Of a stretch of DNA of 64,000 bases, positions 13,446 to 27,179 are shown piece after piece (position 1 is the first letter of the stretch; each line of letters opens with the position of its first letter). Source of the DNA: Schmidtea polychroa (Eukaryota); the NCBI GenBank assembly GCA_044892525.1, contig CM097885.1, positions 23,746,001 to 23,810,000 on the forward strand, in the 5' to 3' direction. The position numbers and the translations under genes were made by a program. Under the pieces are notes generated by a model. It did no database searches. It was given only the letters and a program-made list of their open reading frames with translations, and had not been told where the DNA came from.

Positions 13446-14126
13446 CAAATAATCAATAATAATCCGAGTAATTATATTTATATTACTTAAGTACTTATGG
13501 CTGTCGTAGACAGATTTGGTCGGTTGGGTTTTAGTAAACTTGTAAAGGGGATACAAGGGGGGGGGGGGGGGGGGGGGTTACAGGGTATATTAATTTAATT
13601 TTATATTCCTTATTCGCATAATTTTAAATGTGTAGTTATTTAAAATTTAAAGATTGTTTATTTATTACGTTTTCTTCCAAAATATCAGTTATGAAAACGT
13701 CAATAGAAATTCTAACTTAGTTCTTTTTGCGGACAAATAAAATGCATCCATAATAGTGGATTTGTTGGGTAATTATTCCTGTAACTCTCAGAGGTTACTG
13801 CTTAGCTAAAATATTGCTTTTAACACCTTGATATTATTGGAAGTGTTCAAAAGTAATCACTTTTGCACCGCCCGCCAAAGTTTTTCAAAGTTAGACTGAT
13901 CTATTAGTTGTTTTGCAAGCCTGCATGCTACAATTTCAGCAAAATATAAAGGATTCACTCGATGACTTACTTATTTTGAAGTAAATTATATCGCACAGAT
14001 CCGAGCATAAGTTAGACCACCACTAACAGTTTCTTCAAAAGAGTTGTGGAACGTCCACACACGTATTTTAGAAGACGATGGACGCACTGATACAAGGTTG
14101 AAGGTTTCCATACTAAGGTTGCTCAC

Positions 14127-16977
14127 TAGGGTGGAGTGAAAATGACCGAAAAAAATTTTTTGACTTAGTAGACTTTGGATAGTTATAAAAACTTGCTATG
14201 AGGTCCAATGAAGTACTCTGTAAAGAAAAACAATAATTTAAATAATGTCTTGAGGTTCCACAACCAACTTTAAAATGTAACCATTGATAAGAAAACGATA
14301 ATGTATTTGCTATTATTGACATATTATTGAAGTCATTGATGGCATTTAAATAATATTTTCATTACTTTTAATAGCAAAATATTTGCCACCCATACACTAT
14401 GGATTTTAAATGCCTCTGGTTTTCCTTTTTAGAGTTGCAATGGCTGTAACCAGAAAGAAAGTGTCTTGTGTCATCTTTGGTGGTCCATCCGAGATGCCCG
14501 ACAATCAACTACCGACTTATGCAGATGTTATGAAATTCTACAACCTGACAAAGCAGAGACTGAAATGCGAATTGAACAATAAAGATCCTTCACATCGCAA
14601 CGTGGCAGAAACAGTGTCAATGAAAGTAGAACAAATATGGGACAAAGCTTCCATACCACGTGTAAGCCACCGCCGTGTTCATGAAATGTTGAACGTGTAC
14701 CACAAGACGTTCATGAAATTGCTGAAGCCGTATAAATCTAGGAAGGACTCAGAACCATACAGAGAGAAAATATCGCAGTTTAAAGATGAATCGATTAAAC
14801 TCTTTGACATTTGCTCCTGCAAGTGCTCTTGTATGTCTCAGTGTCACTGTGAGAAGTCAAGAAAGATACCCACAATTGAACGTGACTTTCTAGAAGATCA
14901 GCGGGGTTCACGCTGTATGATCATAGCTGGAGTTGATGAGTTTGAATCCAGTATATTACAAAAGCGGTATATCCGTAAAGAGTCGACACAGAGGCAGATG
15001 TGTACCAAATCTGCCATTGATGACATCGGTGATAAACAGTCGGATGTCTGTGACGAGATTTCTGGAATGGAAGAGGAAATGGATACCGGCGATGATGACT
15101 CTGATGACGATTGTATAAGCCAAATTAAACAACAGCGAAAATTGAATGACAAGCAGATGAGAGTTAAGCTACCGTCGTTGGCTTTAGCGTGTGATCGACA
15201 TGGCGTATCCGACAGGGCGGCAGCAGGAATCGCCAGTGCTGTTCTTCAAGATGTTGGAATAATCCACGAACATGATGTTTCTAAAGTGATTGACAGAAGT
15301 AAAGTGCGTCGAGAACGTTGTAATAAGCGTGGCGCATTATGTGCCCAAGTCAGTAACACAATCACTGGGTTATATTTTGACGGCAGAAAAGACAATACAA
15401 TGACCCAAATTAAAGAATGCGATGGTAAATTTCATCGGAAAATAATAACTGAAGAACATATATCGATTATAGCCGAACCAGGAGCTACATATTTCGGTCA
15501 CATTACACCAACTGCAGGGTCAAGCAAAGTTATCACGGCTGAGTTGATTGCATATTTGAATAAAAGAAATGTTGACACGAGTGGCATAAAAGCAATAGGT
15601 TGTGATGGGACAGCCACTAATACGGGCATTCGAGGAGGCATCATTCGATTACTTGAAGTGACGTTACACAGACCGCTACAGTGGTTCGTATGTCAGTTGC
15701 ATGCAAACGAATTACCGTTAAGATATTTGTTTCAGTATCTCGATGGACCTACCAATGGTCCAAAAGGATTTTCTGGTCCCATTGGAAAGTCATTGTTGAA
15801 TTGTGAGAAGCTTCCCATCGTTGACTACATGCCGATAAACTGTGTTCTACCGTCAAGTGCAAATTCCGACGATTTAAGTACAGATCAGAAATACCTGTTC
15901 GATTTGTGTACTGCTGTAAGTGTTGGTATTTGTCCTGTCGACCATTCACTTCGCAATCCTGGTCTTATCAACCATTCGAGATGGTTAACCACGGCTAATC
16001 GCATACTACGTCTGTATGTTGCCACAAGAAGCCCGTCGGATGAACTAAAGACGCTTGCTACCTTCATCGTAACAGTTTATGCACCTGCATGGTTTGAAAT
16101 AAAGAATACCCCTTCGTGTAAAGACGGCGCTCAACATGTCCACAGTACGATACTGAAATCACGCTACCTCACAGACGAGCTGAAGAAAGTTGTTGACCCG
16201 GTAATTCAACGCAACGCATTCTTTAGTCATCCAGAAAATCTGTTGCTTGCGATGCTTACCGATGAAAGATCAGATATACGCGAGTTAGCTCTGCGACGCA
16301 TACTGAAATCCAGAAAGCAGAAACGTACGACTTCAGTTAGATCTTTCTGCGTGCCAGTAATCAACTTTGAAGCTACTAGCTACATAGACATGATCGATTG
16401 GCAGAAAACTCCGATCACAGAGCCTCCAATCGTAGTGGACATTGACGAAGATACTTTGTTAACCATGATCCGGGAAGAAGAAATGCCAAGACTGGATTTC
16501 GCCCGCTATCCTTGTCACACCCAGGCAGTAGAGAGACATATCAAGCTAGTGACAGAAGCATCCGAAATGGTGTGTGGTCCAGAAAAACGCGACGGATTCA
16601 TTAGAGCACGCTTGGAATCGAGATTGAAAATGCCAAAACTGGACACCAAAGCCCAACATCATTTGTAGTTATAAAAACATGTTAGACAGTTTGCATGTGG
16701 TTTCCCTTTACAGATATGGTTCTTATTACTTGTAATGTTATGTACAGACTGTTAAAAAGTTAAACCATAACATAAATATGTTACTTATAAAAAAATGTTT
16801 TTTTTAAAGATTATTGCTTTTTTATCGAAATATGCCTATACTTTAGGTCAATTGTGGAACCTCAAGATATGCTTTAAATTGTCTAATTGTTTGCCACATT
16901 ACTAATTGCATGTGTTACCAAGTTTTTATAGCTATCCAAACAAGATATTAAGAAAAAAAAATTTTCACTCCACCCTA
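14127..16977 (+). mobile_element. Intact autonomous hAT-superfamily transposon (hATm-like)
   Basis: Perfect TIR TAGGGTGGAGTGAAAAT / ATTTTCACTCCACCCTA, 8-bp TSD TTGCTCAC (14119-14126, 16978-16985) and an uninterrupted transposase ORF. Confidence 0.9.
14410..16668 (+). CDS. hAT-type DDE transposase, 752 aa (real start may be ATG 14440)
   Basis: Motifs LYFDGRKD, IGCDGTATNTG, CQLH (CxxH) and YPCHTQAVER. Subfamily assignment is from memory of motif style. Confidence 0.85.
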   Translation: MPLVFLFRVAMAVTRKKVSCVIFGGPSEMPDNQLPTYADVMKFYNLTKQRLKCELNNKDPSHRNVAETVSMKVEQIWDKASIPRVSHRRVHEMLNVYHKTFMKLLKPYKSRKDSEPYREKISQFKDESIKLFDICSCKCSCMSQCHCEKSRKIPTIERDFLEDQRGSRCMIIAGVDEFESSILQKRYIRKESTQRQMCTKSAIDDIGDKQSDVCDEISGMEEEMDTGDDDSDDDCISQIKQQRKLNDKQMRVKLPSLALACDRHGVSDRAAAGIASAVLQDVGIIHEHDVSKVIDRSKVRRERCNKRGALCAQVSNTITGLYFDGRKDNTMTQIKECDGKFHRKIITEEHISIIAEPGATYFGHITPTAGSSKVITAELIAYLNKRNVDTSGIKAIGCDGTATNTGIRGGIIRLLEVTLHRPLQWFVCQLHANELPLRYLFQYLDGPTNGPKGFSGPIGKSLLNCEKLPIVDYMPINCVLPSSANSDDLSTDQKYLFDLCTAVSVGICPVDHSLRNPGLINHSRWLTTANRILRLYVATRSPSDELKTLATFIVTVYAPAWFEIKNTPSCKDGAQHVHSTILKSRYLTDELKKVVDPVIQRNAFFSHPENLLLAMLTDERSDIRELALRRILKSRKQKRTTSVRSFCVPVINFEATSYIDMIDWQKTPITEPPIVVDIDEDTLLTMIREEEMPRLDFARYPCHTQAVERHIKLVTEASEMVCGPEKRDGFIRARLESRLKMPKLDTKAQHHL

Positions 16978-17674
16978 TTGCTCACTCTATCGAAATTCAA
17001 CATCTAAATCTATGGGAATATTATACAAGTCTTCAGGGACTATAAGTGGAAAGTGAGAAAAAATATGGCAGAATTAAAGACTGGAGTTATTCTCATGAAA
17101 CAACGTCCAGAACGCGTCCGCAATGTATCCATATCCTGGTATGGCAGGCAAAATTTGGAAGCATACTTAAGAGGCATAAACTACAATTCCCAATATGGAG
17201 GACACTAACACTTATTATTATATTATTTCAGTTATAGATTTTTAAAAATTGCAAAAACAATACAAATTTTTTTAATATTAAATAGTGTTTTAGGTATTAA
17301 AGATTAAAAAACAGGCAATATTCATGAAACCACCACATACCCTCACCATGACAACCACACACAATTAAATTTTTGACAATCCAAATTTAAACAATGACGA
17401 AAATTAACTGAAAAACAAAATCATTTTTAAATGGGATAGCATTCCTAGGTCAGCAAAGTCACATTTTGTAACCAGCAAGTTAACGTTAGACGAATTATCG
17501 TTAGATGAGTTGCAGTGGTAGAGGAAATGTTGGCTTGCAAAGTTTCGGCAGACGAAAAGTCTTTAGACGAATTGTCGTGATCAAACCCCAAACTCCTGAC
17601 ACTATTTTAAGCTTTTGCTGAATTGTTTTAAAAATCTTTTTAATATATTTCGTTTGTTTTTAGAATATCATGTA

Positions 17675-17975
17675 ATGGCTAGAAAGAAGAGCTTGAATAA
17701 TCCAAATTACTTCTGCTATATCTGTGGGGACTTTAATTTTTGTGATGAAAGACTTTTAGTAGCATCTTTAAAAAAATGAAGGTTATATTGCTATTTTAAA
17801 GTTTAAAAAGAGAGATCAAAATAAATATTTTCCAATTCACAGTTTTCAGAAAATTTTCGTCTGATTTCTCGGTGTGGTCAGCTGGAAAGTTAAAGAAACT
17901 ACCATTTTAAACTCTAATAACATTGCAAGAGCCGGCATATCACTGCCATGAATGTTATTTTTCTTAATAGTTTCA
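17675..17975 (+). pseudogene. N-terminal relic of a Chapaev3-like (CMC) transposase
   Basis: MARKKSLNNPNYFCYICG..W..GK...LPF....QEP..H...CYF. Confidence 0.55.
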
Positions 17976-19257
17976 CAAAGGGTGCAAAGAGTGTCTTAAT
18001 TTATCCTCATTTTTATATGAGGAGTGAAGATAGAAGGCATTTCACAAATGAAATAATTGAGATATTTGTCGCTTACAATTTAATAAGTAGATCGGTCATG
18101 GTATTTGTAATGTATTGTTATATTATATTTTTTATTGGTTATTAGGTTTTGTAGTGATTTTTTCGTTTTATTTGACGCGTGTTGTACGTAAAAAAGATTT
18201 TAAAAAACTATATAGTGATAATTTACTAAGGCAAATTATCGCTATACAAAAATCAATCACAAAATAAAAAATCTATAAAAAAGCGAAAATTTGGAAACAA
18301 AATAAAAAGCTTATTTTCAAAAGAAAAACCAAGAATTTCAGAAGATAAAATAACAATTTGAAAACGATTTAGAAACAAAATCACAAGTTTATTTAAAAAG
18401 AAAAACCAAGAATTTCAGAAGATAAAATAATAATTCGGAAACGGTTTATCCACAACTGTTTAGAAACAAAACCACAAGTTTATTTCAAAAGAAAAACCAA
18501 GAATTTCAAAATAAAAGTTGATAGAAAGACGATTAAACAAATCCCCACGAAACAAATTCTCAAAATAATCTTAGGAAAAATTTTGGTAACAAAGTGCATT
18601 TTATTATTACTTTTTTATTTATGATAATAAAAGTTTTTTTTAAATTAACGTTTATTTTTGTATTATATCAGTCACTCTACACATACACGCACTCCAGCTG
18701 TCCCGAGACAGTTTATTTACTGGTGATTCGGCTGGATTCTAACACACTTCCTAACATAGACGGACAAACGTAAACACGATTATATTCATATACTAAATTA
18801 CAACTTATACATATATATTTAATTATAATTGGATAACCAACTATAACAGTATTCATTCCTGCGCGTGTTAATTTATTATTATTTGGGTCTGAATGCGTGT
18901 TTTAGATTTTTCGCGTTTATTTTTTGATGTTTCATTTCTGGATATCATACGATTTTTTGTTTATTTACATCAATTTAAGTTATGTTTTCTGTCTTGAATT
19001 AGAATATTTGAAATTTAATAAAATCTATTGGAATTTTGGAATTTGTTCATTTAATATGGCCACCATAGCATAAACCAACTGATATAATTTCTTCAACTGG
19101 TAATTAAAACGAAGATGATAGTGAAAAATATGTGTGAAATGCCAAAGATACCCTTCAAATTAGCCATCAATTGAATCACTTTATTAAAATACCAGGATAA
19201 TTAAAAGATAATGCTTGCTTGGCTGCCTCAATACTGAAAGATTTTGATGCTCTAACT

Positions 19258-19750
19258 CAGGAGTGGCCAACCGGCGTCCCGCGGGTCATCAATTGGCGGC
19301 CCGCATGCTTTAATATTTTGAAAATATAATAAAAACTTTTTAAAATACGATATAATACAAAAAATGTAATAATGGGCCGCCGGTAAATATTGAACAAAAT
19401 TTATTGTTTATTTCATATTTTTATCTATTTTAACCAATTAGTTTTGTATGCTACATTTTGAAAATTTGCCCGATTCATTATGCTTTATAATCAGGGCTAT
19501 CAAGTATAAATAGTGCCAGTTTATCCTGTACCTAAGAAGCATAATTTATTTAACATGCACGCAAATGCTTTATTGTTTTTTAGCGGTTGTCTCAGACCCC
19601 ACTACGGGCTATTACTGCGCTTCTCCTGTTCCTAAGTTGAAATTAGCACAGAAGCATTAGTTAAAAATTTACGCCTTTCAAACCTGCGGCCCGCCGCATT
19701 ATTCAAAAATATTGTAATGGCCCTTTTACCAAAAAGGTTGGCCATCCCTG
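19258..19750. mobile_element. hAT-family MITE, 493 bp
   Basis: TIR CAGGAGTGGCCAACC / GGTTGGCCATCCCTG, 8-bp TSD CTCTAACT on both sides, GCGGCCCGC subterminal motifs. Confidence 0.9.
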
Positions 19751-20499
19751 CTCTAACTTAAAAGAATAACTGTCAGTTTACAAACAGCAAAATATAGTCT
19801 ACCAAAAGTATTTTTAAAAAGATAAAAAAATTGAGTATTGTTGGTAATTTTAGTACTGACTAGTGGTTGTCCATAGATAAGAGTTAGGGCATAGCCGATT
19901 GTCATTTTCCTGCCGATTTTGGATTTTGCCGATTCCGCATAGATCCAGTTATACATAATCACATAAATTTGTATTTTAATGTTAATTGTAGATGTTTTCT
20001 TTGTTTAAAGTTCAGTAGATAAAAGCCTAGGAGCTAGAATGATGACCAAATCAAATTGACAAGAAAACCAAGAGGAAGCTATCACTCTATTTTGATAAAA
20101 ATAAGACAACATTAATCGAAGATTGTTAAACTAAAATTACGAACTTGTTTCGAGTTTTCAGTTTGTTGTTTAACATTGTTGTTTGATGAATGTTGAACAT
20201 CGACGAATGTATTATTTTATGTTTATGTCTGCTAATTTATACTGTATTAACTAACTTTTGTGCATGTGAAACAAGAACAATTTTTCCACCTTTCAGAAGG
20301 CACGCTGAGTAATTTTTCTTGAGCGGGCGTTTGCCGTAAATTTACCTCATCGAGTTTTCTCCATGTAAGTGTTTTCTTTATATAAATGTTAGGGAATTTC
20401 TGTAATGTTATGAAAAATGATAAATGGCAGTACTTAAATAAATTATTTAACTTTCTTAAAAAACGAAACAACACTCTAAATATGTTAATATTTTAAAAC

Positions 20500-22077
20500 A
20501 AAAATTCATGGAAATGTTCGTGTGGAAATGTTCGTAAGCAGAACATAAAACTTGGTTACTCTAACTTAATAAGCCATATCAAACAGAAACATAAAAATTA
20601 TCTTGATATATACCACTTAAGTAAAAGTGCTAGTGCCGAAGGTGACTCGCAAGATATTGAAAATAGTAACGAATCTCGAGAAATTGTTCCTTCTCTTGCA
20701 TCACGACAGATTACTCTAGAGTACATGCTTGATACTAGATCAAAAAACATTTACTAATGGATGGAATGGATCATAATGGATGAACATGAACTCGTTTTTG
20801 TGAAGAGTTTACTCGTGCAAATACAAATCTTGAATCTATTTCCGTCAAAACACTAAAAAAGTATATGTTTAAGGTAGCAGACAAAGTAGAAAAAAAGATT
20901 TCTCTCCAAGCTAAAGAAGCACCTTGTTATGCACTAGTATTTGACGGATGGTCTGAAAATTCTACACACTTCATTGGTATTTTTATTGTCTTCCCAGGAA
21001 AAGAAAGAGAAGATGCTCCAGTTATGCATCTTTTGGCCTTTGCACCGTTACTTGATGAGACAAGCTTTAATGCAGATAATCACGCTCAATTCATTCGTGC
21101 AACAATCAATAGCTACTCCCTTTCTTTGAGTAATTTATTTTGTTTAATTGGGGATAATTGCTCTACAAACAAGGCAACAGCTAATCTTCTTGGTGTACCC
21201 CTTTTAGGCTGTCGTAGTCATCGTCTTAATATAGCTGTTGAAGCCTATTTAAACAGATTCCTTTCTACAGAAACAGATGCAATAGGAAAGTTGATGTCCA
21301 AATTATCAACACTCAAGCAATCAGGCAGAATGCGTCTCATGACAACACTTCGCCCAGTCAACCGAAACGTCACACGCTGGACTGGAGTTCCAGATATGTT
21401 GGAGCGTTTTGAAAGATTATTACCACACTTAAATAACGAAGATGAAGAACTCTTAGAATTTATTCCAACTGCAGCACAGAAAAAAAATGTTCGTGAACGT
21501 AAACAAGCATTAGTGGACTTCAAGTCGGTTACACTATCCATCCAACGAAACGACATGGCTATAAATGAATCAGAAGTTTTATTTCAATCAATAAGATTCA
21601 TATCCAAAAATGAATTTTGCATCCTACATTGGTGAAGATGCAAAAATTATTCATAATAAGCAATTGGAATCCACAATCATCAAAATTCAAGGAAAAAAGG
21701 AGATTTATCTGACAGTTGAAGAAAAAGAAGTAAAAAAATTGTTATTAAAAGTCGATAATAATGAAGAACATTTTGAAACTTTATCTTTTGCAGAGAGGGC
21801 CCTCAAGAGACAACGATTGCAAGAGAAGCAAATGTGCAGCAAGTACATCAATACTAACTTTTTAATTCCAACATCTTGTGAAGTGGAAAGACTTTTTTCT
21901 TTAGCTAAAAGAGTATTTAGTCCTTACAGAAGAAGTTTGCACCCTCAAACTTTAGAGACATTACTTTTTCTAAATCGAAATAAGTCCCTTTGGAATTTGG
22001 CTCTAGTATCATTAGTGGTCAATGAAAAAGATAATGACAAGGATGAAGATGAATACGAATCTGAAGAAGAATGGTAA
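20500..22077 (+). pseudogene. hAT transposase with BED-like finger, disrupted
   Basis: WKCSCG..YSNLISHIKQKH, LVFDGWS, LIGDNCSTN, GCRSHRLN, NVTRW and PTSCEVERLFS. Contains a stop near 20755 and frameshifts. Confidence 0.85.
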
Positions 22078-22328
22078 TATAGTAAATTAAAACTATATTT
22101 ATTTTGATAAATATTTTATTCTTTAATATCTTATGTTGTACAAAAAGCAATTTATTGCATATTTTATGGCTAGAACCTTAAATTGACGATCAATAATATG
22201 GTAATGAAAATAAAAAATGATGCAATATATTATATTAAAAAAATAAGAAAATAAATAATAATATAAATTACATATCAACATAGTATTGAAAAAAATATAT
22301 TATATTATATTGTAATAAAACTATATTG

Positions 22329-23082
22329 CAACGGTGGGCAAATGCGGCTCTTCGTTGAGTAAACTGCGGCTCATTGATAATTGAATTCTTGATAATCGAA
22401 TTCGATTTTTTATTTTAAAATTTTTTACTAAATGTTTTGAGAAAAAAGTTTTTGTTGCAATTGTATTTTCATAAATGTCAAAAATTAACGAAACATTGTT
22501 TTTCACATTTTACTGCTTTTTAAAATTATTTTGTAGTAGGCGGCGCTTTGTTATAACAACGAGAGAGAAGCATCAAAAATAAATTTAGTGAATTTTGATT
22601 GGTTATTATTTTGTTTGTACAAGATTGCGGTCGTTTGTATATTTTAGTATAGTTTTCTATTCGTGTTTTTTGAAAAATTTGGTAAGAAGATTTTTTTATG
22701 AAGCATTTTAAAATTTTAAACTAATTAAAATTAAATTAATGTCTTTTTATTATTTTGTTTAAATTTCAGCCATATAGTTATTTAAATTTATTATTATAAT
22801 GACATCAGAAAACATCAAAAAACGAAAATACTGACAAGAAAATAGAACTTTTCAAGAAGAATGGACAGAAAAGTTTTTTTTTATTGACAATAATGGTAAA
22901 TCGTTGTGTCTTATTTGTAAAGGTACAATTTTGAAATAATTATTTTGTTTTTTTTTAATAGCGTTTAAGTCTCTTTAATCAAATTAATGAAATAAAAAAA
23001 ATATGTACTTTACTATGGTGGCTCTGTAAAAAATAAATTTTCGGAAAATGGCTCTTATTGAACCCATGCGTGCCCACCCTTG
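22329..23082 (+). mobile_element. hAT internal-deletion derivative
   Basis: TIR CAACGGTGGGCA / TGCCCACCCTTG and 8-bp TSD CTATATTG. Retains a transposase N-terminal stub (FQEEWTEKFFFIDNNGKSLCLIC). Confidence 0.85.
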
Positions 23083-23289
23083 CTATATTGCAATATATTG
23101 TATTGAAATAAAAATATATTGCAATATATTGTATTGAAATAAAAATATATTGCAATATATTGTATTGAAACAAAAATATTATACAATATATTGTATTGTA
23201 ACAATATTTTAACAATATTATTGTGCGCAGCCTTGACTTCAACAGCTTAATAATAAACGACCTTAATAATCTTCATTAAATGCTAATAC

Positions 23290-24620
23290 TCAAATGTCAC
23301 AACTTCCAAGTTCTTTTGAAGAAACAGCAACATTCCCATCTTAGAATCAGAAATGCACAATCGTTTGTCGTCGCAAATAGCTCCACTGATACTAAAACTA
23401 CGTTCACTATCCACACTGGATGGAGGAGTGGCACAAAAACGTCTTGAAACGGGTGCAGGATGTGGGTAATTGTGTTGTCTAGACTTTTAATAAATGACGG
23501 GATCTGTTGGTAGTGACGTTATTGGCTGGATGGGTTCTGCCAGGTAAAAATTAATTTCATGCAGATACTTGATTTCATTAATGATCGAGGTTGTGTCCAA
23601 ATAGTTAGAGGTGCAAAAAGCGAAGAATTCTTGATAGTATAAATCCAGAGAAGTTGAAGTGATTGGAGCCGGATCGGGATCTAATAAAATTGCGTCGATC
23701 AGACCGCTTCTCATTTTTTCAGCTTCAATACGAAGTTCAGCGAGCAGTGATGCTTTCGTGTTATCTCGTTCAACTGGTTTGAAAAACAAAAGTTTATATG
23801 TTCAATCCAGAATCGTTGCAAGTACACAAACCTTATTTCTTTCCACTTCTGCATAACATGCACTTAGATCATTCATCATGTCTGACCGCATAGTCTGAAT
23901 TCTCACATCATCGCCAACTTTTAAAGGTTTCATCAAATTTGGCTGCAGAACAGGAACACTATCCCGGCAGTTGCAGTCAACATTCTGGCATTTTGACATC
24001 CATCATATTCCATTCATTTGCCGTCAAGTTTACGACTCAAATATAGTCCTGACAGTAGATTGCAATAGCTCTCTCCCGTTCCACCAGGCGTTCAAGCATA
24101 TAGAAGGTGGAATTCCATCGTGTTTGTACATATTGTACAAGCCGATGTGTTGGATACGGTGTTCCATCCACTGACTGAAGATTTTCTGAATTCTGATCAA
24201 CTGTTCTGTATTTTGAGTTGAATAGCGGAAGCTTCCAACTAGAGCTCTTGCTGTGTTAACTGCCTCGTCGACTGCCCCTGACTTTTAAGTCCAAGCTTTA
24301 CAACCAACTGGATGGTGTATATAAAGCAATCCAAGTCCCGTAATCCACTTAATTGAGCTACCTCACCATACTTGCTCCATTATCTTTGACTAGGACGCTT
24401 GAGATCGACCATCCATCTAGTATGTCAATGAGACTGGTAGCAAACCGTTGACCAGTGTGGAGGTCCTCAAGATTTCTCAATGAGAGAACAACAAACATCC
24501 GGTTCCCAAATGGGTCATTCTAATGGCCAGTCAAGGACAAAAATGAATTCAGATTATTGGTGCTATTCCACACATCACTTGTAAAGCTGATGTAGTCTGC
24601 CTTATCGACCAAAATCTGAA
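23290..24620 (-). pseudogene. hAT (Ac/ZBED-like) transposase relic
   Basis: FTSDVW, TRWNSTFYMLERL, ATILD and SVDSERSFS (dimerisation domain), with multiple frameshifts. Confidence 0.85.
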
Positions 24621-24859
24621 ATAGAGATAACGAAATAGTAGCAATGAAAAACGAAAGTGGATATCTTGTCAATGTCGGGTATTTGTGATTTTTTAATACT
24701 TTCACTTTTTTTCAGGATATTTTTGTTTCATTTTTATTGTTAAAAACACGTTCTTTTTGTAATTTAGATCGGTCTTTGGTGTTGGTGCCGATACCGATTA
24801 ATCGGTTCGATCAAAATCCAACAGAAACCGATTTCCGAATCAAAAGTCATCTATACCCA

Positions 24860-25440
24860 AATTCAAAGTTTGAAAGCTGTACTCTTACATGTTGAAAATA
24901 AATATCCAGTCATTCCAGTGGCTTATGGAAGGTCAGTAAAGGAATTATCTGAAATGATGCCGACAATACTTAGATTGATCAAATATAATAATTACAAAAG
25001 GAAGGTTGGAGGTAATTTAAAAGTTGTGGAGATGATAACTGGAATGCGATACAGTTTTGCTGTTGCATGTCTATAAAAAAGTTGCGTTAGACGGAATTAC
25101 TATACATCAAATTAATGACAACCACGAAGATCATGACCTTCTAGAAGACATCTTATTAAATTGCAATCCCTTATTAATACAGAGGATATATTGTAACTCC
25201 GACTTCACATTAAGTATGGAATCTTCAAGCAATTTATTAAAGCTTTAGAACATATTTCCTACACTATCTGAAAGAAAAATCATATCAGTTGAAGAATTTA
25301 ATGAAAAGTGATGCTTAAACGAACTTAGAGCTCGAATTCTTTTCCTCTAACAATGGAAATCTTTCTGGGAAAGTATCGCTCAGATAACTACACAAATATT
25401 ATAGCAAAATTGTTGGATGCATTTGCTGATTATAACGTTA
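24860..25440 (+). pseudogene. Central relic of a Chapaev3-like transposase
   Basis: LKAVLLHVENKYPVIPVAY..IKYNNY...GNLKVV and SDNYTNIIAKLLDAF. Confidence 0.55.
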
Positions 25441-26370
25441 TTATTATAGCAAATGAAAAATCAGAAGTACATGTAAATGAGAAGTTAAATGAAAGTATAA
25501 ATTTATAGAAAGATAAGAAATGATTCAAAAATTAATAACAATAATAACTAAATTTCTTTGTAATCGGTTTAATTATTTCAGAGCATTTTTTAAATTTATC
25601 TTAATTTATTTATTATGTTATAATTGACTCGTTGATAATCGTCAATTTAATATAATAAAACGACGTATATCTAGTTGAAAAGAGGAAATGTATAGAGGTT
25701 TCTATCAAAATTATTTAGATTCATTTCATTGATTGTGGTGGTTTTCCTTGTGGTCACCTGCCCTTATTATCAAGCAAAGAATCATTTCTATATTTGAACA
25801 TTTTAACGAGTTTAATATGTAGTAATAAGAAAAGGCTGTGTTATTATTATGATCAACACTTGCAGTTAGATTTGTATTTCTATCCTACAACTCAACTATA
25901 TAATTAACACTAATTTTTTGTAATTTATTATCGGCCTTACACATTAATCTACAAATAATTTAACAAAGATTTAGTATAAATTTCACAAACATAAAATGTT
26001 TCACAAATCGCACATGAAATACCTTAAATAAAAAATTCAAATAGTACACAAATTAATTAAGGTCATTTCAAAATAGTCACTAATAATTAGTTATTTAATT
26101 GTTTTTCTTTATATTTGCTCAGTTTACTTAAATCTACATAGATGTTTGTTGAGGAAAATCTTAGTTGGTTTTCGTTCAAAAATGATCTGTAATAGTTTTT
26201 TTAATTCACTGCATTATTTTAATTAAAATTAAAGAATTAAAGAAAGCTTAAATTATAAGAAAATGTTTTAACGATATTCCATTCTAAGAACTATATAATA
26301 GCAAAATGTGAGGAATTGTCGGTGTGTCAAGTTTTTTAACTTAGTTTAAAAAAATTCTTTGAAACCTTTT

Positions 26371-26700
26371 CCACGCCTGATTCCAAAACAATTCAACAAT
26401 AATTTCGATTAAATATTACAATATATAAATTCAATGTGCATTGAAAGTAATGGCCAAGTTGTTTGAATATTCACTTTCGATAGGCAGTTTTTTATTCAAT
26501 TTAATAAATAATTAACTTGTTAAATTGTTATTATTATTTTATCTAAGATTATTTTTATTATGTAAAAACTAAAATGGTATTACGAACAATCACGAATAAG
26601 GATAAATTCTCCAAATTATTAATTTTACACATGTGGAATCTACTGATGAAACTGTAAAAGAATACACCAGAGTTCATATATTTAGTTAATGTGATAGTCA
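26371..26700 (+). repeat. Dispersed AT-rich repeat, second copy at ~34586-34920
   Basis: Shared block starting CGCCTGATTCCAAAACAATTCAACAATAATTTC..GAAAGTAATGGCCAAGTTGTTTGAAT. Confidence 0.8.
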
Positions 26701-27179
26701 GAGAAAGGATATTATTAGAGAATTAGAGAAACCTTGAATTATAAGAAATTGCTAATCCACATAAAGATTTAAAATAATGTGTTTTAACGATATTCCAATA
26801 ATTTTTAATGACATCTCTATGGATTCTGTGGAAATTTATATTGTACAATTTAATTGAGATTTAAATTCGTAATGTACATAAAATTTGTTATCATTATCCA
26901 AATTACTGTTGGGACAATTGTTTGGTCGAAGTGAAAAGATAACTAGGAAACACTGAACCCGCGAGAAATTCCAAAATAAATTCAGGTAGCGTAGAGACCT
27001 ACCTGAATTGAAATCAAGGTTATAAATACCCGAACAAAAATAAATAAATATCTGACTCTGAAATTCAATGCCACACCCGAATTTTATCACACTAAAAGGA
27101 AGGAAAACTAAAGAATGAGAATTCAGCAGTACAAACTCTCAAACAGATAACCATACAAACGGAAATCAAACAGAAGCAT

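Larger units (their letters stand above)
13900..17100 (+). pseudogene. MULE (Mutator) transposase relic interrupted by the hAT element at 14127-16977
   Basis: TYFEVNYI..LWNVHTRI..RT..VEGFH lies before the insertion and continues (HLNLWEY) after 16985. Confidence 0.6.

Noticed and set aside
13557-13577. Poly-G run as a functional G-quadruplex
   Set aside because: Isolated homopolymer with no supporting context, and a common sequencing artefact.
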